Under the pieces are notes generated by a model. It was given only the letters and a program-made list of their open reading frames with translations, did no database searches and was not told where the DNA came from. The position numbers were made by a program, and so were the translations under genes. Source: Lingula anatina (taxonomy: Eukaryota; Animalia; Brachiopoda). Taken from it: DNA of 64,000 nt. The stretch spans positions 21,080,001-21,144,000 of the forward strand of contig CM120642.1 in NCBI GenBank assembly GCA_051362555.1. Direction: 5' to 3'. Within the stretch, counting starts at the first letter, position 1, and every line of letters starts with the position of its first letter. Shown in pieces: positions 11,356 through 26,400 of this stretch.

Positions 11356-14300
11356 CTGAAAAAGAAAAGAAACCGCTAGTTGAGTGAAGTGAATATCTGC
11401 CACATATTAACATGTATAAACAACTTTAGATTGTTTTTTTAATAGGAAATGTGAAGAAGGTGCAGTTTGAAAGCAACATGTACATCTATGTTTGAGCTGA
11501 ACAAGGGACTAATTTGGTTTATGACTTTGCATGTCAACTTTATTTTAGTCATATTAGGTACTAGAGTAGGGAATCCATGCTTGCTTAAAATGTAACTAAA
11601 ATTTTGATGCAAAACTGGAATGTTACATTTCAATATGTAAGAAAGAAACTTCCCAAGGACATGTATGTGCAAATATAAGTACTAATGTTGAATGATTCAG
11701 TCATTTGATAAAAATCTATAAGGATCAAAATTTTCAAGGCTTATTTTTTTCATATAGATTAATTTTAAGATAATTCTATCTGCCTTCCACCATGACAGAT
11801 GAAACTGATTATTTTTTAGTTGAAAATAACTTGCTTTAAATTTTGAAGTGAAAATTGCTGAAATGTTTGAGCTTTTTTAGAACTTTAAACATCTAGCTTC
11901 TGTTTCTTTGTATTTTTTGTTTATTGTCTATACATGTGCTGCCTCCATACTGTCCATCATGACCATTTTTTCCCAATTATCAAACATCCTTACAAATTCA
12001 CATTTCATCTCTTGGCTTTATGTAATGTATGAACATAGTGTAGCTTAAAGAGAATGTGTTTAATGAATGTATCAGACTGACCAGTTCTGCTGCAAGCTCC
12101 CTTTTCAGATACTGCTTCTCACGTTGATGGAGCTTTGGGTCTCTCAGGTAGCGCATGGTTTGAGACAGCAAGAAATAAAGTGTGTTTTCCAGGACAAATA
12201 ATAAAATGTGTCTGAAATTGTGACATGAATACATATTATTTACCAGTGTTCATCAAATACTAGCCTATAGGGTGAAATGACAAACAGTTTATACATGTAG
12301 GAATTGTTAACACAATACAGAGAAATAGATTTATAGGTTATCCGTGCTGGGTAAATGTGTCTTAAATTATGTGCAAAGATGTTTATAGGAAAAACAGTAC
12401 CCAAATATTAGCATATTAATATATTTGATAACTTCTACACTTAAAATGCACATACCTTGACACTGAGACTGCTGGAAATGGAGTACGGTTTGGGGAAGCA
12501 GCTCTCATCTCACTCTAAAAAAAAATAAATAAATAAATCTTACATGAAACATGATAACATTTAGCACACAAAAACACAGGTTTAGAACAAAAACTGATAA
12601 ATATCAATACAACTAAAACCATTAGCTTACAGTATGTGTGTATTAAAATAAAAGTATATGTACCTTCAACAAATTTCTCAGTTTCACAGTGTCAGTTTTG
12701 CAGAGTAATGCATATGCATATCTATACTTACCCTGCTGAGCATCCGTACACAGGAATTAATACAAGCAAGGTATGTCCCGAAGTTGACAGGTCCCTCTTT
12801 CTCTGTGGATGGTGTGTTAAATCCCAGGTCTAGCAATGGAGAGCTGTCATTCACATCCAAGCTCTGAGGACAAAGAACAAATAAAAACATGGGGTGACAC
12901 TATGGTTTTTGAAGATGACCACCCTGTAATGAACCCTGTTATGCACTTTTATGATACAGTACAAGGCCAAATATAGCTTACAGATGAAATTGGAGAAACA
13001 AAATTGCTCATAGAGCAAAAAAAAAAGAAGGAAACTACTGGTGTATAATACAAAAGATCTATCAATTTTAACTTAACCAACAGCAGCAGCTGCTGTACTT
13101 TTTGTGTGAAAATAAAAGAACGATAGAGTGCTAGAAATTTTAGCTCAGTGGTAAAATCTAGAATCACTTCCCACACCTACCTGGTCCAGCATAGCCTCGC
13201 AAAGATCTGGAGTAAAGTGACGCAAAAATGTCAAGCTGAGACCAACCAACTTCAAAAGGCTAGAAGAATAATAAAATAGAAAAAATGTACAGATAATACC
13301 TGTCCCATGAACTTTTTGTCTTATAAAGGAAAATTAATCTATCTTGCAGTTTTGCTAAAGTTCTTTCAAATCTATGCAAAATGGTCCATGAAGAGTAACT
13401 CCAGACTACCGCCAGTTTGTTATCTTCATCTCCAAGGATTTACTGATAATACTATGTTCTGATTATAATCCCAAACACTGCCCAATTTATAACATGTATC
13501 GTAATTACCAAGAGTCAGAAAATATGTATTCCTGAAGCTTACATCTTCATTTGAACATGTTCAGAGATTTGTGGGAATAATCATGCAGAAATTAAGCCTT
13601 TTTTTGTATCTCATGCATGTAATCACACTTAAAATATCACATAAAGGGATTTGTCTACCTCTCTGAAGTGGTACACTGCACAGCTGAGTTTTTTTATCCC
13701 TTATATCTTTTCACTTAACTTAAAATTCAAGTCTTACATGTGGGATCTATTTTGGGCATGCACTGTATGTTGGACACTTCAAACTAATATCACCTTGCGT
13801 TTCAAATAGAATTCATTTGTTTACATCAATTAAATCAAGTTTGTAACATACATGGACATATTTCTCTTACAAAAAAGGGTTGTTTTAAACATTATAGCAT
13901 AGTTAAGACTCGGGTTAAATTAGATAAAATTCCAGTTAACTACGAAACCAGAAACAGTATTTGTCACAGGGCTTAACCTATGGGAGTTTGAATTCACACC
14001 TTGAAAATGCCATTATGTGAAAAATGAAAAATTCACACTCACAGTATTGAATCAGCCTTAAAAGCTAGCAAGATATATTCAATTGAAAATTCTTAAAATT
14101 TTTAGGCACTTGTGATGAAAATGGTATACAAAAATATATTAAACTCAAGACAGTAATGCTGGTGAAACAGTCCACAGGACTACCATTATTTGAGAATAGT
14201 AGTCCTACTGGACCTCATTGTTTTATAGATCAGTCTGTGCATTTCAACTGGAATATCACGTTCTGCCTAAAACTGAACAAATACCTCTCCTGCACCTGCA

Positions 14301-17300
14301 CCAACTGTTCTGATGGCTGTTCTACTTCATCTGTAGATGTCTGATGTTGTAAGGGAAGGTGCTGAGCCATGCTCTGACTTGCCAGGACTTTTTGGGGAGG
14401 CTCTGAACCATGCTTTTTCTAAATATGAGCAAAATACATGACAGGAATACAACTAAATACACTTCATTAATCTAAGTTAAACGTTGAAGAGTTGGTGAGT
14501 CTCCTTCTACTTGGACATTACCGTAGACATCACCTATTGTCTAAATGCAGATGCAACAGAGGGAACAAAGGCTGTTAAATCTACAGACATCTGAAATAGA
14601 CCCAGTAAAATATTCCATTTCGCATGCTAGCAATAAGGATGGTATTAAATATTGCATAAAAAATTAGCCAGGAAACTGGGTTAAGTATGTGAAGACATCT
14701 ATGGCAAGAACCTCAAAGCTGTTTCCATGTCAATAGCTTTTAATCAGAAAGAAAATGTTTAAAAAACGAACAATATCTGTGAATTTCCAATCCTTGTACA
14801 TACCTCCAGTAAATACTTCAACAACTGTGGTCTGATCAGTAAAGATATACAGGAATGGGACACAAAGCAGATAGAGCTCTGGAACAGAAGTCAACACAAT
14901 GATTAAATAGAAGTCAGAACAATAAATTATAATTTAAAAGGTCAAATCATATTTACATATTAAGTAAAGTTAAGGGCTATGCAGTTATCAGCGTTCTGTT
15001 TCCCGTAAAAGGATTTTTTATTTTTTAAATGAGAGATCTGTCATAATCTGGCAAACATCTTACAAGCATGGTTCCTAAAAGCTGTGGGAGTTGCATTCTC
15101 CACTGTTGGTGATATGGGGACAGTTGACACAGAAAGTCGCTGGTCACCTCAGCTGCCTTCTGATCATCTGGATCAAGACTTGTACCAACATTAGATAAAC
15201 ACTGAAACAATACAAATAATGGTGGAATAGATTATCATGGATTCTCATGTAAGGAGTGTAAAAAAGTAATTTATTTCTATAGAGTCTAAACATGTTTTTA
15301 TCTGTGGAACATGGCATTTTAACCTTCATCAAAGGTTCTGATTTCATGATTGACCCAATGATGTGAGCTCAAGATATGAGGCAGACATCTTAGATGGGGT
15401 GGGGTCGGGGGTGTGTGTGGTGCAGACATCATGGTTCCAGCTTAGATTTCATGTGAGTTAGCCTACTTCATCTTTCCTGCTGTATCAGTGCTTCAACTTG
15501 AACAAGCTATCTACGTTGACTTTCTAATTTACAAAGCGCACATGAACAAGTTAGTCATATGATGGAGATGGTGTGTTAAAAAGTCATACCTAACAAGTAA
15601 AATGTGCTTACAGGGGTATACTCTATTAAGAAATTATTAACCTTTTCTTAACAAATACATGTACAAGTAATGTTAAATCTTTTTTGCTTTCAATTTGGAC
15701 TTAATTTTCTATAACTTTTTATAAGAATTATACACTAACAAGCTAGACAGTTAACACTTTTCCTATTTAAAATTCTGGTTTTTAAGTCACAAATGGAGTG
15801 CTGATTTTGTGTGTAAAAACCAGTAAATTGGTCTCCTATTAAATATATAGTGTTCTACAGAGGACAAATCTCTATCTAGAAGTATTGAAATGCTTCATAT
15901 GCTAAATAGTATTTTAAATGCTAAATTGGTCAGCAAGAACAAAGAATCATGTAAATTCAATGTACTGTAGTATGTAGCACAAAAAGAAATTATCTATCCT
16001 GAACTAGAATTCCCATTTTTCTAGACTCTTACCCACTCCATTTGCTGTTGATGAACTCCTAAAAAGTCCAAGGCATCATTCAAGAAGGTGTATTTTAGTG
16101 TTGACAACATTGCAGAGTAGAGCTCTACACTCAGAAGATACAGACTGCTCAAAGTCACAGCTGAACCCTAAAAAAATGGTTCACAATAAATTCACATTAT
16201 TGGAGTATACAAAACTAAACAAGAAGCATTGTACTCTAGGAAGTAAATGACTGATAGATTGTGGACAAATCTGCAATAACATTTCAATCCAGCACCTACT
16301 TCTTGAAGTTTACTAGAGGTAAGCTCTGTTTAAACTGTTTTGAAAGTAGCGAGGGATGCATAAAATACTTTATTGTACTCAATTCTGTCAAAAAGTTGAT
16401 TGTATTGACTTAATTGTGCTCTTTTTTGTACCTGTGTGCTATCTTAAGATCATTATTGAGATATTAATTACTTATACTGCCCTTTTGACAATTGAGTACC
16501 TAAATGAATAGTTAAGAAAAATTTATGCCTGTATACCTGATTTCTGCATGCCACTGTTTTCTGTTTCTCAGTATTATTCTCCTTATACAGTTCTGACACA
16601 GCAAGGCAAGTGTGCTGTGCCAGGCCATTCAGTGCCAATGCTTCTGCAGACTGAAACAGTGGAATAACAATTACATTTGTAACATCTTTTTTTCTGACTG
16701 ATAAGTTTTCAAAGTAATAATCATGACAGATAACACATATAATGTAATGTAACAATCATAATACTTGAAATGTCTGGATAATGTAGATAAACTGTTTCTT
16801 ATAATGTTACCTGCTGATATTTTGCCAAGGACAGAAACAGAAGAAGAACTGCCTGGATATACTGATGTCCCTGTCTGGCCTGAAAAATTACAGAAATAAC
16901 CATAGTTAAAACAATGAAGTGAAATTCATATTCAGAAACTTTTTAACTTTTCAATTTTGACACTTATTGAAAGCATTACCTCTAAAAGCCTGAACAAGGA
17001 TTGGGGGGGGGGGGGGGGGGGAGTCACAACCCATCTCACATCTGGGCTAGTATTATTAGTTCAGACAGCCTAGAAGCCACTGACAGTTATTTTCCCAATT
17101 CAAATATACCCATGCCTTTTTATGTAATGTATATTTAAACAGGTTTCTTTCCTTTGAGTTTGCAACAAATTTGCAAGAACATCTCTTGTGAGTTTGCAGC
17201 AAATTTGCAAAAGAGCTTACTGGGAGGGATTTTCTGTAAGTTTGCAGCAAATTTGCAATATCATTTCTTGTGAGTTTGCAAAAAATAAATGCAAATACTT

Positions 17301-20300
17301 AGTAAAATATTGTCTGGAGTAAAACAAAATGAACATTATCCAAGACAGATTCACTAATCCAACACCAATATAAAAGAAGAAAAAATATTTTCCTAAATAA
17401 AAAATAAGGATGTTTGTTACTGCATTAAAATGTGTGCTATTACTGCAACAAAAATTCAAATGTCATAATATACAGCTGATGTACAGTGACAAATTAGACA
17501 TTTGCTAATCCAAATAAATTAAATTTATTTAAAATAATCCCACAAGAAATTTTAAGAAATGCATTTTTTCATAGAAACTAATAGGAAATATTGTAGGAAC
17601 CTTAAAGAAATTTTATGTTATCCTACAGAATTTTCCATAAGAAATCCTATAGGAATTCCCACAGAAAATTTTGGGTACCAAATGTTTTATTGCATCTTAG
17701 CACTTTTAATTAACAATTTTATCAAACTTATTCTTATTTAGTGAATTTAACAATTTAAAAAGGAAACTTAGTTACAAATAAACATTACTATTAGAATTTG
17801 ATGAAAGAATTGGGGTATATCATGAGATGGAAGAGGAGGAAGTGTACAGAAAGCTGATTCAGAAGAAACTAATTGGAATCTACTTTAAACAAGGCAGCAA
17901 AGCTGTCAAATGTACAGACAAAAAACAGGAAATAACTATGCACAAAATAGGCTACTGTCAATTCTGATGCAAAAGTACATTATGTTTGACTGTAAATTCA
18001 ACATCAAATTTTAATTATGCTCAACAGGTAATACCAATGAAAGTAAAATGTGTAACAAGCATAAGGCTTCAGGCCCATGAGAGTTCAAGTTCACACTTTG
18101 AAAATGTATAACTTCCAGAAAAAGAAGCCAATTAGACTGCTTTTCCAACTCAGGCTGCATGCCGATTTTCGAACTTGACCTCCGTTTTAGTAAGATCGAT
18201 TACTCCTGAGAGTTTCACGAAAGTGCAAGGTGCCGGCAACGGCGATGACGGCGACGACAGACGCAGTTGATGGCAATATGTACAGACACATCTGTACATA
18301 TTTACTGTACTGTTTGAGAACAGTAAGTGACATGGTTTTTCTTAAATGGTCATCATGGGAGCAGTGCCCAAAATAGGTTTTTTTCAAATTTTGATGCAAT
18401 ATTACATAATGTTTAACAGCATAATGACCATCAATTTTTAATCATAAAATATTAGTATCATGGATATTCAGAAAATGTGACTAGCAAAGGTCTTCAGGCC
18501 CATGGAACTTCAAAGCCACAACTTGAAAATGCCAAAATGTAAACAAGACAGCACTGTTCTGAAATGGGTTTATTTCCATTTTTAACAATTTTTAACATAA
18601 AACAAAATTAACAGTTTACTGCCATTTTTATATTATCAACTAAGAAAATTGATGAGATGGGAAAAATATCAATAGAATAGTGTTAAATGTCCAATTTCTT
18701 CCATTCTGAGATTCTGAACATAGTGAATGATTCAATCTGACAAACTGCAATGATATGAGTTTATTTCCATTTTTGAAACTTTATTACACAATACACAATA
18801 CCAAGTTTAACATCATTTTTACAAAATCAACTAACAATGTTGTAAAGATGCAGGAAATGTCAAAAAACCACTTTTACATATCTTATTAATTAAATAATGA
18901 AACTGTTAACATGCCTAAGAATTGAATCTAAGGAAATGTAAAAAACAGCATAACTTCTAAAATAGTGGCCCGATTATGCTGATTTTTGAACTTAACCTGC
19001 ATTTTAGCAGGATTGACCACTCCTGTGAGTTTAATGACAATTGGCCTATCTGTTTTTTCTTATATTGTGTTTACAGTGTTGCATATAAGCTGAAAAAAGA
19101 AAAAAAAGCATAACTACTAAAATAGTGGCTCGATCATGCCAATTTTCGAACTTGACCTGCGTTTTAGTAAGAACAATTTTTCCTGTGAGTTTCATGATAA
19201 CAGGCCTATCGGTTTTCGTTGAAATGTGTTTACAGTGTTGCATATATGCTGAAAAGTGAAAAAACAGCATAACTTCTACAATAATGGCCCGATCATGCCG
19301 ATTTTCGAACTTGACCTGCATTTTATGAATATTCATCAGCTCTGTAAATATAAAGCCAAAAAGTAAAACTGCCTTCCACTTATCGTGTTTACAAGGAAAG
19401 TGCACGGCGACGACGGCGACGACAGACGCAGGTGATGGCAATATGTACAGACACATCTGTGTCTGTACATAAAAATGTAAATAAACATTAAAATTTAAGG
19501 TCCTTATATTATACAGAGTTCAGTAACAAGGCAGCAAAGCTGTCAAATGTACAGACAAAAACAGAAAATAAAAATGCAGAAAATGGTTCATTTTGTCAAT
19601 TTTGATGCAATAATAAATCATGCCTATAATAGCACTGTCAACCAACACTGAATTTTAATCATGCACAACAGGTGACATCGTCAATAACAGGAGCGTATCC
19701 AGAGATATTTTCTGAGTATTCCAAATTATCTTTGTTGATCCATCCTCCATTTTGATGGTCTTCCAACAGAAAAAAATAGATACCAGTCAATATAAACTTA
19801 ATAACGCGTCTTCCAGAAGACCCAGAAGATGGTCTCAATCCACCCCTTCAATAAGATAACAGTTTCAGGACCATGAGAGACCAAAGTCACATGATGAAAG
19901 TCTCAATATTTGAAAAATGATGACAGTGCATAAAATAATATTATATAATGTTTAAAAACATAAAAAACAATACAATTGCTTATGTGAAAATACAGAAAAT
20001 GTGCAGAGCCTCGAGCGGATGAGACTAAAAGTCACAAATGCAAGTGTTTGAGAAAAAATTGTAAAGGAAAACATAACAAAACTAGAAAACCACTGAGAGT
20101 GCAGACCTCTGCCAAGGCAGCAATTGTTGATTATTATTGATTGATTATTGAGCCAGACCACCACTAATAACTAATCATTGTCCTCTTTGGCCCAATTCTG
20201 ACAGTTCCTGAAAATTTCAGCAAAATCGGTCCATAACTTTTTGAGTTATGTTGATGACAGACAAACAGGGGTGAAAATATAACCTCCTTGGCAGAGCCTG

Positions 20301-20348
20301 AGGTTAATATAATTTCAATAAAGCTGCTACTCAAACTTTTAATCTTTG

Positions 20349-20385
<37 letters not shown>

Positions 20386-20399
20386 ACCTATATATATAA

Positions 20400-20438
<39 letters not shown>

Positions 20439-23400
20439 ACCTGCATAATTATCACTGCTTCCTTATTATTAATCTAGCAGAGAGCTTAACTTTTGGGAGT
20501 TTACAAGGAAATATCAACAAGTGTGCTTTATGTAATCTCCTTTAATGGCCTATCAATTAGGCAAATGATTTTATAACTCAGAAATTAGGTAAGTGATACC
20601 CAAGGGATATTAACAGACTGACCCTCTCAAAGGTCTTTCAGGCCCATAAGTCACATCTTAAGAAAAGCACAAAACAATAATGCACAAAATAGGAGACTAC
20701 CAATTCTGATGCAATAATACATTATGTTTTACTGCACAGTCAACATCAAATTTTAATTATGCACAACAGGTAACAACGACGAAAGTAAAAGCATAAGGCT
20801 TCAGGCCCATCAGAGTTCAAGTTTATACTTAGAAAGTGCCAGAATGAGAAAAATGAAAATTTCACACAAAATTGCATAAATTCAATAATAAATGATAACC
20901 CAATTGACCTGGCTTTCTAATTTGAACTGCATGCCAATCCTAAAAATCATACCTGTAAGTTAAAAATAATAATAAGTAACACAGTTTTCTTTTCATAATG
21001 TTTGCAGTAGCAATGCAAAAATATTGTTGTCAATTTTGATGTAACATTACATAATAAATTATAGAATAATTATCACAAATTTTTTGATTATTGACAATAA
21101 ATATTTTTATTTTTAATAATAGAATATAAGTAACATGAACATTCAGAAAACGTGACTAGCAAAGGTCTGCAGGCTCATGGAACTTCAAAGTCACACCTTG
21201 AAAATCCCAATATGTGAAAAATTAAATTTTCACAAAAAACTGTTTAACTGCCAGAAAAAATTGCCAAACAGACTGCATTGCCTACTGAAGCTGTATTTTA
21301 GCCCCATGTTTCTTTCCTGTAAGTTTGAAAACAGTAAGTGTATGGTTTTTCTTAAATGGTCATCATGGGAGCAGTGCCCAAAATAAAGGTTTCTTCAAAT
21401 TTTGATGCAATATTACATAATGTTTAACAGCATAATGACCATCAATTTTTAATAATAGAATATTAGTAACATGAACATTCAGAAAACGTGACTAGCAAAG
21501 GTCTGCAGGCTCAATGAACTTCAAAGTCACACCTTGAAAATGCCAATAAGTGAAAAATTTAATTTTCACAAAAAACTATTTAATTGCCAGAAAAATTTAC
21601 TAAACAGACTGCATTGCCTACTGAAGCTATATTTTAGTCCCATGTTTCTTTCCTGTAAGTTTGAGAACAGTGAGTGACATGATTTTCCTTAAATGGTCAT
21701 CATGGGAGCAGTGCCCAAAATAGGGGTTTCTTCAAATTTTGATGCAATATTACATAATGTTTAACAGCATAATGACCATCAATTTTTAATCATAAAATAT
21801 TAGTATCATGGATATTCAGAAAATGTGACTAGCAAAGGTCTTCAGGCCCATGGAACTTCAAAGTCACATCTTGAAAATGCCAAAATGTTAACAAGACAGC
21901 ACTGTTCTGAAATGGGTTTATTTCCATTTTTAACACTTTTTTAACATAAAACAAAATTAACAGTTTACTGCCATTTTTATATGACCAACTAAGAAAATTG
22001 ATGAGATGGGAAAAATATCAATAGAACAGTGTAAAATGTCCAATTTCCTCCATTCTGAGATTCTGAACATAGTGGATGATTGAATCTGACAAACTGCAAT
22101 GATATGTGTTTATTTCCATTTTTGACACTTCATTACACAATACACAACAACAAATTTTCCATCATTTTTACATAATCAACTGACAATGTTGTAAAGATGC
22201 AGGAAATGTCAAACAAACACTTTTACGTATCTTATTAGTTCAATAATGAGACTGTTAACATGCCTAAGAATTGAATCTGAGGAAATGTGAAAAAAAAGCA
22301 TAACTTCTAAAATAATGGCCCGATTATGCTGATTTTCATACTCAAGCTATGTTTTAGTAAGATTGACCACTCCTGTGAGTACAATGACAATTGGCCCATC
22401 TGTTTTTCTTATATTGTGTTATCAGTGTTGCATATATGCTGAAAAAAATGAAAAAACAACATAACTTCCATAAAAAAGGCTCTATCATGCTGATTTTCAA
22501 ACTTGACCTGCGTATTATAAATACTCATCAGTTCTGTAAGTTTCAAACCAAAAGGTAAAACCGTTTTCCACTTATTGTGTTTACGGTGTTGCATATATGC
22601 TGAAAAAAGTGAAAACAAGGCAGCAAAGCTGTCAAATGTACAGACAAAAAGCAGGAAATAACAAAATAGGCTACTGTCAATTCTGATGCAAAAGTTCATT
22701 ATGTTAAACTGCAAATTCAACATCAAATTTTAATTATGCTCAACAGGTAATACCAATGTAAGTAAAATGTGAAACAAGCATAAGGCTTCAGGCCCATGGG
22801 AGTTCAAGTTCACACTTTGAAAATGTAAAACTTCCAGAAAAAGAAGTCAATTAGACTGCTTTTCCAACTCAGGCTGCATTTTAGTCCTGTATTTCTTTTT
22901 TGAAAGTTTGGCAATCATAAGTAACATGGTTTTCCCATAATGGTCATCATGGCAGCAGCACCCAAAATTGTGTTTTCTTCTATTCTGATGCAATATTACA
23001 TAATGGTTAACTGCATAATGACAATTAATTTTTGATAACAAAATATATGTATCATGGATTTTCAGAAAATGCGACTAGCCTGGGTCTTCAAGCCTGTGGA
23101 ACTTCAAAGTCACACCTTGAAAATGCCAATATGTGAAAAATTAAATTTTCACAAAAAAACTGTTTAATTGGCAGATTGCATTGCCTACTGAAGCTGTATT
23201 TTAGTCCCATGTTTCTTTCCTGTAAGTTTGAGAACAGTAAGTGACATGGTTTTTCTTAAAAGGTAATCATGGGAGCAGTGTCCAAAATAGTTTTTTTTTT
23301 TCAAATTTTGATGCAATATTACATAATGTTTAACAGCATAATGACCATCAATTTTTAATAATAAAATATTAGTATCATGGATATTCAGAAAATGTGACTA

Positions 23401-26400
23401 TCAAAGGTCTACAGTCCCATGGAACTTCAAAGTCACACCTTGAAAATTACAAAATGTAAACAAGACAGCACTGTTCTGATATGGGTTTATTTCCATTTTT
23501 AACATAAAACAAAATAAACAGTTCACTGCCATTTTTATATGACAAACTAAGAAAATTGATGAGATGGGAAAAATATCAATAGAACAGTGTTATATGTCCA
23601 ATTTCCTCCATTATGAGTTTCTGAACATAGTGGATGATTGAATCTGACAAACTGCAATGATATGTGTTTATTTTCATTTTTGACACTTCATTACACAATA
23701 CACGATAACAAGTTTACCATCATTTTTACAAAATCAACTAACAATGTTGTAAAGATGCAGGAAATGCCAAACAAACACACTTACGTATCTTATTAGTTCA
23801 ATAATGACACTGTTAACATGCCTAAGAATTGAATCTGAGGAAATGTGAAAAAAACAGCATAACTTCTAAAATAATGGACCGATTATGCCGGTTTTCGGAC
23901 TAAACCTGCGTTTTAGTAAGATTGACCACTCCTGTGAGTATAATGACAATTGGCCTATCTGTTTTTCCTATATTGTGTTATCAGTGTTGCATATATGCTG
24001 AAAAATGAAAAAATCAGCATAACTACTAAAATAGTGGCCCGATCATGCCGATTTTCGAACTTGTCCTGCGTTTTAGTAAGATTGATTACTCCTGTGAGTT
24101 TCATGACAACAGGCTTAACGGTTTTCCTTTAAATGTGTTTACAGGGTTGTATATATGCTGAAAAAAAGGGAAAAAACAGCTTAACTTCCATAAAAGTGGC
24201 CCGATCCTGCTGATTTTCGAACTCGACTTGTGTATTATGAATATTTATCAGTTCTGTAAGTTTCAAGTCAAAGGGTAAAACAGTTTTTCATTTATCATGT
24301 TATCGGTGTTGCAAAAATGCTGAAAAAATATTGCACAACAGGTAGTATCAATAAAAGTGAACTGTTACATGCCCTTGGGAGTTATAAGGCCCATACTGAA
24401 AATGCCAGTATGTGAAACTTTCACTGAAAGATAAAAATTTCACAAAATGTTCAACAGAACAACATGGTCAATAAGATTACAGTTTCAGGACCTTATGTGA
24501 GAGTTCAAATTCACATAATGTAAACAATATGTGAAAATAAAATGACAGTGCATAAAATAATATAATTACACAATGTTTAAAGACATAAAAACCAACACAA
24601 CTTCTAATGTGGAAAAACAGTAAATGCACAGTGCTTCTGGTGGATGGGGGTTGAAAGTGATATCTTGAAGATGCTAGTGTTTGAAAAATAATTAAAAGAA
24701 AATGTAAAACAAAACATAACAAAAAATTCCAATAAAGCTGCTATCAAACTTTTTATCTAGCTGTATAATATACTAACATGACTAACATTTACCTGCATAA
24801 TAATCATCGATTCCTAATTATGTGACACAGTAAAGCAAGATAAACCCAGGGGACTTTACAATGAAATCTCAAAGTGTGTTTTATGTAATCTCATTTAATG
24901 CCCACTTTAAAATTAATTAAGCAAATTACTGAATCAATATACTGAATTAATATACTGCTATACATATATACATTTATTGCCCCATATAGCACTCTATAAA
25001 ACTGCATTGCTTCCAAAACAGAAAACAATCACACTGGTTTTCCAACACAAGCTGAACTTCAGTCTTATGAAACTTTTCAGTAAGTGAGTATCATAAGTAA
25101 CATGGTTTTCCCTTTATCGCTATTCTGGCAGCAGTGTCCAAAATAGGGTTTTCTTCAACTTTCATGCAATATAACATAATACTTAACAGCAATAAACCAT
25201 CAATTAAAAAAAAAAAAAAAAGTATCATGGATATTCAGAAAATGTGATATGGAAAGGTCTCCAAGGACATGGAAGTTAGGGTCACACTTTCAAAATGCCA
25301 AAATGCTAACAAGAGATAACTGTACTGAAATGATTTTCTTTCCATTTTCAACACCTTTTTTACATAAAACAATAATCAATTTACTGTCATTTTTAAATGA
25401 TCAACTAGGAAAATTGTTGACTGAGGAAAAATATCAATAGAACAATTTATAATGTCCAATTAGCTCCATTTGGAGATTCTAAACATAGTGAATGATTGAA
25501 TCTGACGAACTGCAATGATGAGTTCCTTTCCATTTTTGATACATTATTACACAATGCACGATAATAGGTTTACGGTCATTTTTATATAATCAACTAACAA
25601 TATTGTTAAGAAGCAGAAAATGTTAAAACAACACTTTTACATATCCAATTAGTTCCGTAATGAGACTGTTAACATGCTTAAGAATTAAGAATGGAGAAAA
25701 ACCACTTATATACAAAAAGGCTTATAACTTCATCAAAACTTAACTGATCCAGCTTATTTTCAAACTTGATCTGTATACTGGTCAGATCGATCATGCCTGT
25801 GAGTTGCAAGACAAATGGCTGATTGGTTTTCCTTAAAATGCATTATCAGTGTTGCATGTATGCTGAATAAAGGAAAAAAACAGCATTACTTTTGTAAAAA
25901 TAGTCCAATCATGCCAATTTTCAAAATTGACCTGCGTATTATAAATATTCACCAGTTCTGTAAATTTCAATCTAAAAGGAAAAACATTTTTACACTTATC
26001 ATGTTATCGGTGTTATAAAAGTGTTGAAAAAATTGAAAAAAACAAAACAAAACAGGATAACTTCCATAAAAATAACCCGATCTTGCTGATTTTCAAACTT
26101 GACCTGCGTATTATGAATATTCATTAGTTCTGTAAGTTTCAAGCCAAAAGAAAAAATAGTTTTCCACTTATTGTGTTATCAGTGCTGGATATATGCTAAA
26201 AAAAAAGTGAAAAAACAGCATAAATTCCCTAACAATGATCCAATCATGCTGATTTTCAAACTGACCTGCGTATTATGGATATTCATCAGTTCTGTAAGTT
26301 TCAAGCAAAAAGGTAAATTGGTTTTCCACTTATCGTGTTATCAGTGCTGCATATATGCTGAAAAAAGTGAAAAAACAGCATAAATTCCCTAACAATGATC

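Noticed and set aside
17003-17021. Poly-G run as a functional G-quadruplex
   Set aside because: Isolated homopolymer with no further support.
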